Source: a virus (Duplodnaviria; Caudoviricetes). From it: a stretch of 53,984 bases of DNA. Below, one piece after another: positions 28,218 through 36,477 of the stretch. Each line of letters starts with the position of its first letter. Positions within the stretch are counted from its first letter, which is position 1. The notes below the pieces were generated by a model, which saw nothing but the letters and a program-made list of their open reading frames with translations, ran no database searches and was not told the DNA's origin. The stretch covers positions 1 through 53,984 of IMG/VR virus record IMGVR_UViG_3300023184_002982. One strand, 5' to 3'. A program made the translations under genes and the position numbers.

Positions 28218-28420
28218 TATTATATGATGATAAAATAGGTTTGATAATATCATTGTTTATCATTGGTAGTATAACAGCATTTGTGGTTGCAACAGAAAAA
28301 AATAAATGGGATGCATTTGAACAAGAATGTATATCTAAAAGCGGATATTATTTGCGTACACGCGATGCACAATTGTGCATTAAAAAAGATATGATTATTA
28401 AATTAAAAGGTGAATCATGA
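28214..28420 (+). CDS. Small membrane-anchored protein
   Basis: One TM helix, C..KSG...C. Confidence 0.55.
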   Translation: MILYDDKIGLIISLFIIGSITAFVVATEKNKWDAFEQECISKSGYYLRTRDAQLCIKKDMIIKLKGES

Positions 28421-28593
28421 ATTACGCATTGATGATCTATACCGTAGTTGCAATGTCAGGTTCAAATGCATCATTGGTACAGGCACACGATTGGCGTTAT
28501 CTTGCTACATTTTATTCGTCAGAACAATGTAAAGATGCAGCAAAGACAATGGGTATTTCATCTGAGCGTTACCGTTGTGTTCCAGCAAAATAA
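28417..28593 (+). CDS. Small exported protein (not in ORF track)
   Basis: 58 aa; F.S.EQC..AA...RCVPAK, like 20774..20947. Confidence 0.55.
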   Translation: MNYALMIYTVVAMSGSNASLVQAHDWRYLATFYSSEQCKDAAKTMGISSERYRCVPAK

Positions 28594-28654
28594 TACTTGA
28601 CAGGTTTACCGTTATTTGATACGATATGCTCTGGTTAATTAATTGGGGCATATT

Positions 28655-28852
28655 ATGAAATACATCTGGATTTTACAGTTTCGTCAAGTTAATTCTAAAT
28701 CTAGCACCAAAGTTTCTCCGTGGATAAATCTATCCGCACACACATCTAAAGAAAAATTGTTAGCATTTAAAAAAGAACAGTTGACTGAGGATTATATCGC
28801 ACAAATCAAAAACGAATATCATGTTCAACAGTTATCGATACTAGATGAATGA
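28655..28852 (+). CDS. Early hypothetical protein
   Basis: ATG after cassette leader and GGGG SD. Confidence 0.6.
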   Translation: MKYIWILQFRQVNSKSSTKVSPWINLSAHTSKEKLLAFKKEQLTEDYIAQIKNEYHVQQLSILDE

Positions 28853-29131
28853 TGTTTATTCTTTTTATAATTCTATTTCAAATAATACTAATCGTCACTT
28901 GCATTGGTATTGTTGCGCTATCTTATACATTACCAGAAATAATTGAATTACCAAAAATAATTGTTGACAACGAACCTATTATTGGTAATAATAGCGTTGT
29001 GGTTGTTAATAATACTGATGATGATTGGGAGTGATGATGGAAACGATAGAAATAGTTTTTGCAATAGTTGGAATCGTTGGCGGCATCTATATTGTCATGG
29101 ATGCATTACTTGATCGCATGGGGATTTAATT

Positions 29132-29350
29132 ATGAGCACATGGAATCTTGAAGGTATGACAGTTTTTGGTAATTATATGGGCGAGTTTCCTATTCGTGGT
29201 ACGGTGAGTTTATCGCGTGTTACCTATGGCGGTGGTGTTAGTCATCATGTCAAATTAGATACACCGATTAATGTGTATGGTGCTGAACGTGATGTGGTAA
29301 TTATGGAACACAAATATATTAATCGCGTGGCATCATCAAAAAGAGATTGA
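29132..29350 (+). CDS. Early hypothetical protein
   Basis: WNLEG..V.G.Y...SRV.YGG.V.H motif; GGGG SD. Confidence 0.65.
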   Translation: MSTWNLEGMTVFGNYMGEFPIRGTVSLSRVTYGGGVSHHVKLDTPINVYGAERDVVIMEHKYINRVASSKRD

Positions 29351-29409
29351 CACGTTTACCGTTTATTGGTACTATATGTTTGTTGATTGATTTTATTGGG
29401 AGATAAAAA

Positions 29410-29766
29410 ATGAAATTCACATATTACACAGATGCAGGTCATGGTTGGTTGAAAGTTCCAAAAGCATTACTCGAAAAATTGGGTATTGCAGGTAAGATAT
29501 CAAATTTTAGTTATCAGCGTGGTGATTATGCGTATCTGGAAGAAGATATCGATTATGCAATATTTGCAAATGCGTATGGTTTGAGTTATTTGCAGGTTGT
29601 TAATAAGCACACAAATCGTAATTCTAAAATACGCAGCTACCGTCATTATATGATAGAAGGTGCGACAAAAACTGTCAAAAATCTAATGACAGGTAAAGAT
29701 GTGGTTATACCTGCTGATACGCCGTGGTGCTGCAATCCTGCTAGTGAAACTTATTGGAGTATGTAA
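29410..29766 (+). CDS. Early hypothetical protein, two-module fusion
   Basis: D.GHGWL.V...YLEED.D module plus C-terminal VKNLMTG...TPWCCNPASETYWSM module. Confidence 0.7.
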   Translation: MKFTYYTDAGHGWLKVPKALLEKLGIAGKISNFSYQRGDYAYLEEDIDYAIFANAYGLSYLQVVNKHTNRNSKIRSYRHYMIEGATKTVKNLMTGKDVVIPADTPWCCNPASETYWSM

Positions 29767-29767
29767 A

Positions 29768-30007
29768 ATGAATTATACACTTGAAAACTTAGCAAGTATC
29801 GAAAAAACAACTAATCGTTTACTTGACATTGTTAATTTGGTATGGTCGGAAGATTCGATTGGATTATCAAATACACAACATCTATCAGTTATTATGAAAG
29901 AGCTACGTTCTGTGGCAATGATGGCAGAATACGATAAAGGTGCTGCTACCGATAGATTATTGGCATTAGTTGCTGATTTGGAAAACCAAGAAATTTTGGT
30001 AAAATAA
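29768..30007 (+). CDS. Early helical protein, paralog of 32136..32420
   Basis: L.SIE.TTN.L.D...ELR.VA..AE....AA..RLLA.VA shared. Confidence 0.65.
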   Translation: MNYTLENLASIEKTTNRLLDIVNLVWSEDSIGLSNTQHLSVIMKELRSVAMMAEYDKGAATDRLLALVADLENQEILVK

Positions 30008-30074
30008 TGCTTGACACGTTTACCGTTTATTGATACTATGTGTGTGTTGGTTGATTAATTCTAGGGAGAAAAAA

Positions 30075-30242
30075 ATGGATCAAGTCTCACAAATGATGGC
30101 ATACGAATCGGGTGAATTAGATGCAGATCAAACCATTGAATTGTTTCAAAGTCTAATTAATTCTGGCTTGGCATGGCAATTGCAAGGTTCCTATGGTCGC
30201 ATGGCATCTGAATTGATTCGTAGTGGTTATTGCGTAGCATAA
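30075..30242 (+). CDS. Conserved small phage early protein
   Basis: AYESGEL....IELFQ.LI.SG.AW.LQG.YGR.A..LI..G. Confidence 0.7.
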   Translation: MDQVSQMMAYESGELDADQTIELFQSLINSGLAWQLQGSYGRMASELIRSGYCVA

Positions 30243-30256
30243 ACGGGAGAAAAAAA

Positions 30257-30460
30257 ATGAGTCGAATTTATAGTGAGTATGGGACAAGTGTCCGAATTGT
30301 AATTGAGGAACACAACTTAATTGTGCAAAAATTTGTAGAATACAATGATATTGGTTGGGTGCGGGTTGCTGCTTTTCATGAAATATCGGATGATTATGCA
30401 TTTAGCAATGCCCGTGAATGTGCCGAATCAACATTAGCAAAAATGAAGGAGTCTGCATAA
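30257..30460 (+). CDS. Early hypothetical protein
   Basis: GGGAG SD before ATG 30257. Confidence 0.6.
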   Translation: MSRIYSEYGTSVRIVIEEHNLIVQKFVEYNDIGWVRVAAFHEISDDYAFSNARECAESTLAKMKESA

Positions 30461-30663
30461 TGACTAAGAAAATTCGAATCATTGTTAATGGTGTTTCATT
30501 TTATACAACCAAAAAGCAGATTGCAGAGGGCGTGGGCGATTTTATTGAACTCAATAATTATTGCAGAAAAATCTATAAAGAGTGTATTGAGGGTAAATAT
30601 GCAGGTTTAGGGTACACTTGTTACACTAATGATACAAAATACGATTTACAAATTAATTTATAA
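30460..30663 (+). CDS. Early hypothetical protein
   Basis: AGGAG SD; coupled start. Confidence 0.6.
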   Translation: MTKKIRIIVNGVSFYTTKKQIAEGVGDFIELNNYCRKIYKECIEGKYAGLGYTCYTNDTKYDLQINL

Positions 30664-30729
30664 AACACTTGACACGTTTACCGTTTATTGATATAATCTT
30701 TTCATTGGTTAATTAATTAGGGGATTAAA

Positions 30730-30999
30730 ATGACAACACAAATGACTGATTGCGGTAGCATTCCAACAACTGAATTCATCAATGATTTTGTAGATTATAC
30801 ATTTAGTTTTTATGGTGCACTTGGCATCTATCCGCTAGGTTTTACCGTAGAACAAATCCAATTGGCAACACAATTGTACATCACTTGTCTAGATGTAAAC
30901 GATGAAGAATTTTGCGGTGATACTTTAGATCGTGAGCGTGTTCGTGATATCATACTAGCAACAGGTAAAATTTCTGGATTAGAAGCAGGAAATATTTAA
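30730..30999 (+). CDS. Early hypothetical protein
   Basis: F..Y..SFYG..GIY...F.GDTLDRERVRDI. Confidence 0.65.
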   Translation: MTTQMTDCGSIPTTEFINDFVDYTFSFYGALGIYPLGFTVEQIQLATQLYITCLDVNDEEFCGDTLDRERVRDIILATGKISGLEAGNI

Positions 31000-31068
31000 A
31001 TTAATGCTTGACACGTTTACCGTTTATTGATATACTCTGTTCATTGGTTAATTAATTGGGAGAAAAAA

Positions 31069-31425
31069 ATGTCAGCATTTATCGTAAGTAATGAGCACAT
31101 TGCATCATTGGTAAGCTTTGCAGTTGCTAATAATGCATTCACCGCCGATTTAGCACAAACCGCAGCGACTACGTTACTTGATGCAAATATTACAAGTGTC
31201 AATGTGCGCTATAACGAAAAAAATACGGCAACCATTGACTATGCGTCAACCCCTAAAAAATTGCTAACACCAGTTCAGGCAATCAAAGCAGCGAAATGCT
31301 TAGATTATCAGTCATGCGAGTTTGATGGTTATGAAAGCAGCACCGCCAAAAAAGTAATTAATCAAATTATCAATTCAGCATTGTATAAGCTTGATGGTTA
31401 CAATGAAGCTAAGTGGTCAATTTAA
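31069..31425 (+). CDS. Conserved early hypothetical protein
   Basis: MSAFIVS..HI..L, N..SVN.RY, CLDYQSCE. Confidence 0.7.
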   Translation: MSAFIVSNEHIASLVSFAVANNAFTADLAQTAATTLLDANITSVNVRYNEKNTATIDYASTPKKLLTPVQAIKAAKCLDYQSCEFDGYESSTAKKVINQIINSALYKLDGYNEAKWSI

Positions 31426-31437
31426 TAGGGGCATACA

Positions 31438-31611
31438 ATGAGCACAATTACTATTCAGATAACTACCGACAATGCAGCATTTGAGGATAACCCTACAGAA
31501 TTGTCGGATATACTAGAATCGATTGCTACACGTTACAGAGAAAGCGGCGATTTTTCGGATTATGTGTATGATTCAAATGGCAACAAAGTAGGTGAAATAA
31601 ACGTAAAATAA
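31438..31611 (+). CDS. Small early protein (not in ORF track)
   Basis: 57 aa; I.TDNAAFED...IL......D.NGNKVG; GGGG SD. Confidence 0.65.
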   Translation: MSTITIQITTDNAAFEDNPTELSDILESIATRYRESGDFSDYVYDSNGNKVGEINVK

Positions 31612-31675
31612 TGCTTGACAAGTTTACCGTTAATGGTTATAATCTGTTCATTGGTTAATTATTAGTGAGGTGATT

Positions 31676-31819
31676 ATGAGCACAGTTTACAAAATTGAGG
31701 AAGAATTTTCGTTGGGTGAGTTGTCATTTAGACAGATCGCCGAAAAGTATAATGTGAGCATTGCCGATGTTGAATTGATATTTGACGAGTTTATGAAAAA
31801 TATGGCAGAAGCTTATTAA
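31676..31819 (+). CDS. Small HTH-like protein (not in ORF track)
   Basis: 47 aa; LSFRQIAEKYNVSIADVELI; GAGGTG SD; own cassette. Confidence 0.6.
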   Translation: MSTVYKIEEEFSLGELSFRQIAEKYNVSIADVELIFDEFMKNMAEAY

Positions 31820-31887
31820 AAAACACTTGACACGTTTACCGTTTATTGTTATACTTTGTTCTGTTGATTGATTAATAGGGGCAAAAA

Positions 31888-32079
31888 ATGCAAATACTTC
31901 AAGGTTACTCGATTTGTGAATTAGATGATGGCGGATATATTATTCAAGCAAATGAATATGATGGTATTAATGATTTAACACCTAGTAAATTGCGTGATCG
32001 TTTTGGTGAAGTACGATTCGGTACATATTCACAGGCTGTTGTCGTATTGGCAACGCACTTATTAAAAGAAATTGCTTGA
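31888..32079 (+). CDS. Early hypothetical protein
   Basis: Own cassette and GGGG SD. Confidence 0.6.
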   Translation: MQILQGYSICELDDGGYIIQANEYDGINDLTPSKLRDRFGEVRFGTYSQAVVVLATHLLKEIA

Positions 32080-32135
32080 CACGTTTACCGTTATTTGATA
32101 CCATATCATTTCTGGTTAATTAATAGGGGATAAAA

Positions 32136-32420
32136 ATGTCTTTACTTTTCAATACCGATGAATTGCGCTCTATCGAGCAAACCACAAATAAACTAGTTGA
32201 CGTTGCTATGTCACTATCGGATAAAAATTCGCGTGATCGTATCAATGCAGTAACATTATCGACATTGGTATCTGAATTGCGTATGGTTGCATTTATTGCA
32301 GAGACTTCACCCGAAGCAGCAGCAACTAGACTTTTGGCAATGGTTGCGGGTTTGCGTAATAATGTCACAATTACAGATAATGAAGTGTTGGTAAATTCAG
32401 ACGGTGAAATTATCGCTTGA
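32136..32420 (+). CDS. Early helical protein, paralog of 29768..30007
   Basis: Shared motifs; own cassette. Confidence 0.65.
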   Translation: MSLLFNTDELRSIEQTTNKLVDVAMSLSDKNSRDRINAVTLSTLVSELRMVAFIAETSPEAAATRLLAMVAGLRNNVTITDNEVLVNSDGEIIA

Positions 32421-32477
32421 CATTGTTTACCGTTAATGATACCATACGTTTGTTGATTGATTAATAGGGGCGACAAA

Positions 32478-32717
32478 ATGGATATTGATGCGACAGGCGA
32501 TAAAACGGTGAACACAATAAAAACGGCAAAGCAGGGCAAAATTACTTATACCGTTGAAGCAGAGGAAAACGGTGCGGGTGATGTGTCCTATTATGTTGTC
32601 AAATGGGATAGTAATGGAATCGGCGAGTACGATTTTAGAAATTCATTTCGGGATAAAAACAAGGCAATTTATTTGCTTAATAAATTGGTAAGAAAAGAAA
32701 TATCGTGGGGCATCTAA
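32478..32717 (+). CDS. Early hypothetical protein
   Basis: ATG after cassette leader. Confidence 0.6.
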   Translation: MDIDATGDKTVNTIKTAKQGKITYTVEAEENGAGDVSYYVVKWDSNGIGEYDFRNSFRDKNKAIYLLNKLVRKEISWGI

Positions 32718-32785
32718 AAAACACTTGACACGTTTACCGTTTATTGATATAATCTGTTCATTGGTTAATTAATAGGGGCGCGAAA

Positions 32786-33136
32786 ATGAAAGTATTTGTT
32801 TATTACAATTTACATAAGAAAGTATTTTCAGTCAAAGCTCTGGAAGGTGCAGACAAAGGGCGAGTGATTGCACACTTGTCAGAATTGAATCTCGGTCAGG
32901 CTACGTTCAAAGTATCACAGGCAGGGCGTAAGCGTGTTCTATTGGAAAAGCGCAAAAACGTCCATGCGGGTGTAGTTGGTGAATGGTACGGTACAGTTCA
33001 GGCGATGGACAACGGCGTATCGGTGACATATAACCCTTATCTGTATGATTCATTCGTGACAGCAGACACAAAGCAGCCTATTTTCACCGCGAGGGAAGTA
33101 CACTTGAAAGATCGTAGAATTACTGCGATTATCTAA
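32786..33136 (+). CDS. Conserved phage early protein
   Basis: VYYNLHK..FSV, F.VS.AGR.RVL.EKRKNVHA.V.G, YNPY. Confidence 0.75.
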   Translation: MKVFVYYNLHKKVFSVKALEGADKGRVIAHLSELNLGQATFKVSQAGRKRVLLEKRKNVHAGVVGEWYGTVQAMDNGVSVTYNPYLYDSFVTADTKQPIFTAREVHLKDRRITAII

Positions 33137-33200
33137 AATAATGCTTGACATTGTTTACCGTTTATTGTAATATATCATTTTAATCATTAGGGGCGAGAAA

Positions 33201-33365
33201 ATGACCGAACAACAAATAGCAGCGATTAAATGTGCACTTGCTGATTTACAGGGTTCATTGCAAGCTTTTCAGCAGTCGGATATGTACGCACACGATTGGG
33301 AAGCGCATCAGCAGTCGATTGATGATTTATTAAATGAGTTTGATTTTTTAGCACAAATCGCTTGA
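33201..33365 (+). CDS. Small early protein (not in ORF track)
   Basis: 54 aa; AIKCALADLQG...HDWEAH; own cassette. Confidence 0.6.
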   Translation: MTEQQIAAIKCALADLQGSLQAFQQSDMYAHDWEAHQQSIDDLLNEFDFLAQIA

Positions 33366-33423
33366 CATTGTTTACCGTTTATAATATACTGTGTTCTGTT
33401 GATTGATTAATTAGGGGCGAAAA

Positions 33424-33822
33424 ATGGCATATATGAATCAAGAGAAAAAAGCGAAGATCGCGGCGGCAATCAAACCAATCTTAGCAAAATATAAACTCAA
33501 AGGCAGCTTGTCGGTTAATAATCATTCGTCAATTGTGTTGACAATCAAATCAGGCAGCATCGATTTTATCGGTAATTATAACTTGACAAATGCATCAAAA
33601 CCCCGTTTTGAAGGTGCAGAAAAATCGATACAGGTTAATCCATACTGGTATCAAGAGCACTTCGATGGCGTTGCTAAAGCAGCATTATCTGAGTTGGTTC
33701 CTGCGATGTACTCTGCCGATTATTATGACAATTCCGATATTCAAACCGATTATTTTGACACAGCGTATTATATAAGTGTTAACGTGGGACGTTGGAATAA
33801 ACCCTACGAATTAGTAAAATAA
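33424..33822 (+). CDS. LPD29-like (polyvalent-protein-associated) domain protein
   Basis: YDNSDIQTDYFDTAYY motif. Confidence 0.6.
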   Translation: MAYMNQEKKAKIAAAIKPILAKYKLKGSLSVNNHSSIVLTIKSGSIDFIGNYNLTNASKPRFEGAEKSIQVNPYWYQEHFDGVAKAALSELVPAMYSADYYDNSDIQTDYFDTAYYISVNVGRWNKPYELVK

Positions 33823-33886
33823 TTGCTTGACATTGTTTACCGTTTATTGTACACTATCATTTCTGGTTAATTAATAGGGGAAAAAA

Positions 33887-34228
33887 ATGCAAACAGTTAC
33901 ATTATCTGGTTTTCCTGAAATTGCTCGATTAATGCCAGTAGGTTACAAAAAACGCAAGGCATTCATTCAGAGCAGAGAAAAAATAACATTGTCAAATACC
34001 TATTGGGATGGCGGTAGTCGTTCTAGTTATACCATTGTTAATATTGTAACAGGTCAGATTACTACCTGCGCTCAATATTCACCACCAGAGTTCGGCGGTA
34101 TAACTCCAGTTGTCGAAATTGATAACGATATTGCTATTATTGAAACTGGTGTATTTTGCGGTAAACCTGCGACTGCTAGTGTGTTCGTTAGTCCAGAGAA
34201 TTACAATAAATTGTTGAAATTAGTTTAA
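33887..34228 (+). CDS. Conserved early hypothetical protein
   Basis: NTYWDGGSRS.Y, F.GK.A. Confidence 0.65.
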   Translation: MQTVTLSGFPEIARLMPVGYKKRKAFIQSREKITLSNTYWDGGSRSSYTIVNIVTGQITTCAQYSPPEFGGITPVVEIDNDIAIIETGVFCGKPATASVFVSPENYNKLLKLV

Positions 34229-34296
34229 ATAATAGTTGACAACGTTTACCGATTATGAGATAATTCATTTGTTGGTTAATCACATAGGGGCGATAA

Positions 34297-34527
34297 ATGA
34301 CTACAGTAGATCAAGTTAAAATGTTCGGTATGACAGAAGATGCAATACGCAATGAATACATGGATAGTATAACTGCGAAATTTTCAGGGCTTGAGATGGT
34401 CGTGGCAGGTATATTGTCGGATTGTCAAGAGCTAACAGCGATGGGTAGATCAGAGCAGGTAAGACAGCAATTGAACGTGGCAAAATTTATATTGTTTGAG
34501 ATGATTGACAAAAAAGAAACAGCATAA
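34297..34527 (+). CDS. Early hypothetical protein
   Basis: GILSDCQE...RQQLNVAKF. Confidence 0.65.
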   Translation: MTTVDQVKMFGMTEDAIRNEYMDSITAKFSGLEMVVAGILSDCQELTAMGRSEQVRQQLNVAKFILFEMIDKKETA

Positions 34528-34594
34528 AACAGTTGACAACGATTACCGATTAATATATACTTTGTGCATTGGTTGATTAATTAGGGGCGACAAA

Positions 34595-35170
34595 ATGACA
34601 ACAGCATTTTTCGGTAAAGTAATAGAAAACGAAGTTGCATACAATAATGCAATTAAGCGCAATATTATCGCAAATGCCAATAAAACATGGCGTTTAAATA
34701 CTGATCGTGCTGGTGAAATCGAGTTTGCATTGGGTGCTGGTCGCACCGAACATGGCTATACTGATAATTTCATAGGTGCAATGGCTGCTGCGTTTGATAC
34801 TTATGGCAAATTGTCAATTAAACAATCTGCTGCGATTTTAAAGGGTATCGATGCAATGGCTGCACGTAAAGCCGCATGGGTAGCTAAAAATGCCGCCAAT
34901 GATGCTACACGCGCTCATGTAGGCGTTGTGGGTGATAAATTGACAGTTACTCTCACAGTAAAGCACATTGTGTGTGTGGAAAGTCAATTCGGCACTAATT
35001 ACATTCACATTTGTGAAGATGCACAAGCGAATGTTATTATATACAAAGGCAAAGCATCAGGTTTTCCATTGAAGGGTGAAACCGCGACTATAGTTGCCAC
35101 AGTTAAAGAACATGCTTTGCGTGAAGGTGTTAAACAGACAATTATTCAACGACCAAAATTAGCTAACTAA
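34595..35170 (+). CDS. Early protein with C-terminal OB-fold-like domain
   Basis: HVGVVGDK...FG...D...NVIIYKG...ATVKEH...GVKQT.IQRP. Confidence 0.65.
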   Translation: MTTAFFGKVIENEVAYNNAIKRNIIANANKTWRLNTDRAGEIEFALGAGRTEHGYTDNFIGAMAAAFDTYGKLSIKQSAAILKGIDAMAARKAAWVAKNAANDATRAHVGVVGDKLTVTLTVKHIVCVESQFGTNYIHICEDAQANVIIYKGKASGFPLKGETATIVATVKEHALREGVKQTIIQRPKLAN

Positions 35171-35189
35171 TTAACAACTCTCCCCCCTT

Positions 35190-35216
35190 ACCTGCTGAAG
35201 TCTAGCAGGTTTTTTT
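35190..35216 (+). terminator. Rho-independent terminator closing the main cassette array
   Basis: ACCTGCT-GAAGTCT-AGCAGGT followed by a T run. Confidence 0.8.
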
Positions 35217-35235
35217 GTATCCATCGATAAAGTGT

Positions 35236-35256
35236 AAATGAGAATCATTCGCATTT
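35236..35256. promoter_or_regulatory. Fur-box-like palindrome
   Basis: AAATGAGAATCATTCGCATTT versus the 7-1-7 consensus TGATAATnATTATCA. Confidence 0.6.
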
Positions 35257-35378
35257 GTAATTGTATTTGCAAACAATAAATTAATTTGTATTGTCAGTCG
35301 TTTTATGACTGGTCAGTCACAATGTAAACGCACTAGTTGATTTGGTGTGTTTTTGTGGGACATTGTGGTACAGCTAAC

Positions 35379-35395
35379 TGCGAATTATTCTCATT
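35379..35395. promoter_or_regulatory. Second Fur-box-like palindrome, inverted relative to the first
   Basis: TGCGAATTATTCTCATT. Confidence 0.55.
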
Positions 35396-35487
35396 ACCAT
35401 TCAGAGTATCGCGCCATATAACACAGAATCACGCCAATGTCAAGCACCGAGTGTCATTGTTGTATTTCCGCAACACACAGATAATTC

Positions 35488-35516
35488 TTGACAATCCTGA
35501 AAAATTATGCTATACT
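35488..35516 (+). promoter_or_regulatory. Sigma70 promoter with no immediate ORF
   Basis: TTGACA-17bp-TATACT with extended -10 TGc. Confidence 0.65.
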
Positions 35517-35606
35517 GGAAGGTTAATCGTTACTATTAGTAAATTACTAATATAACGCGCAGGGTCACCGTCCACCCCCAGACACGCTGTTCGAACCATT
35601 GCAACC

Positions 35607-35635
35607 ATTATACCCGATAAGCGGTAAAAAATCAA
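35607..35635 (-). promoter_or_regulatory. Minus-strand cassette-type promoter
   Basis: TTGATT-TTTTACCGCTTATCGGG-TATAAT on the minus strand, with a TTTACCG core in a 17-bp spacer. Confidence 0.6.
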
Positions 35636-35722
35636 GTGGTTTATTTTTAAAAAAACAGTTGACACGTTTACCGATAATTGGTATTATACATTTACTGACT
35701 GATTAATAAGGGGATTGACAAA

Positions 35723-35899
35723 ATGACAAAATTAGCCGCCGCAGCAAAATTGTACGACACAAAATTTGCCGAATTGGAAAGTCTAGGTTTTTCTGAACAT
35801 GACGCATGGGTTGCAGCACTTGCAGCAGTTCGCGCAGTTTTTCCAAGTGTTACCGTTACACGCTCAGAGGGTTGGGTTTACGAATTGGCAACAGCTTAA
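35723..35899 (+). CDS. Small early protein (not in ORF track)
   Basis: 58 aa after the last cassette, GGGG SD. Confidence 0.6.
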   Translation: MTKLAAAAKLYDTKFAELESLGFSEHDAWVAALAAVRAVFPSVTVTRSEGWVYELATA

Positions 35900-35912
35900 T
35901 TAGGGGCAGACA

Positions 35913-36044
35913 ATGATTAAATTTATTGCAGGTGCGTTGTTTATGTTAGCTCTGGTTTACCCTGCTGTCACTAAGGACATTTTCGGGGATGCCGTGGACG
36001 CAGCAAATTCTGGTGTTAAAACAGCAATTAATTTAATTTCTTAA
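35913..36044 (+). CDS. Small membrane/exported protein (not in ORF track)
   Basis: MIKFIAGALFMLALVYPAV..., 43 aa, GGGG SD. Confidence 0.55.
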   Translation: MIKFIAGALFMLALVYPAVTKDIFGDAVDAANSGVKTAINLIS

Positions 36045-36058
36045 TCGGGGGGCTTGCC

Positions 36059-36205
36059 ATGTTTGAAACAGTTTACACATACGGAAAATTGGGCTACGTT
36101 GCCAAATTGGTAAGAAATGGGGTTTGCATCGGCACTTGGGTTTCTTACGATCTTAGCAACTTGCGCGATCAGGTAGAATCTTGGAAATTAACAAACTTGC
36201 ACTAA
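36059..36205 (+). CDS. Small early protein (not in ORF track)
   Basis: 48 aa, GGGGGG SD. Confidence 0.5.
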   Translation: MFETVYTYGKLGYVAKLVRNGVCIGTWVSYDLSNLRDQVESWKLTNLH

Positions 36206-36216
36206 GTTATCAGAAT

Positions 36217-36258
36217 GGCAGCGCAGCACAAAAACGCTGCGTTGTCAAGTTTTATTTT
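36217..36258 (+). terminator. Possible terminator hairpin
   Basis: GGCAGCGCAGC-ACAAAAAC-GCTGCGTTGTC (two G-U pairs) then AAGTTTTATTTT. Confidence 0.45.
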
Positions 36259-36407
36259 GAATGCGTTGCAAATACACAACACATGATACCAAAACGACAA
36301 TTGCTATTTTACTACTGTACTGAACGCTACAAGGAACATGCTATTTTGAAAGAGAACTCTTGTATGTGTATGAATTGGCATCCAAAATTTTTTTTTCCAG
36401 TAAAAAC

Positions 36408-36436
36408 TTGACACAGAAATTTTTTTGCGGTAAACT
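36408..36436 (+). promoter_or_regulatory. Sigma70 promoter overlapped by the inverted motif
   Basis: TTGACA-17bp-TAAACT; CGGTAAAC overlaps the -10. Confidence 0.6.
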
Positions 36437-36477
36437 TAGCTCAATTAGTAATTAACGGTAAACGATAGGAAAATACA

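Larger units (their letters stand above)
27165..35687 (+). repeat. Dispersed array of 17 promoter/operator/leader cassettes
   Basis: TTGACA-[17 bp containing G(T/A)TTACCG]-(T/G)AnnnT, usually followed by GGTTAATTAAT or GTTGATTGATT and a G-rich SD; -35 starts at 27165, 28597, 29347, 30011, 30669, 31008, 31615, 31827, 32076, 32417, 32725, 33145, 33362, 33827, 34236, 34533, 35659; degenerate copy at 28964. Confidence 0.95.

Noticed and set aside
28719-28738. DnaA-box-like CGTGGATAA / CTATCCGCA
   Set aside because: Imperfect, isolated and inside a coding region
27184-32457. ORF-track starts at 27184, 28643, 30030, 31027 and 32457
   Set aside because: They begin at TTG inside promoter or leader repeats; SD-led ATGs lie downstream
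35337-36411. ORFs 35337..35555 and 36181..36411
   Set aside because: TTG starts without SD, running through palindromes and promoters; likely spurious
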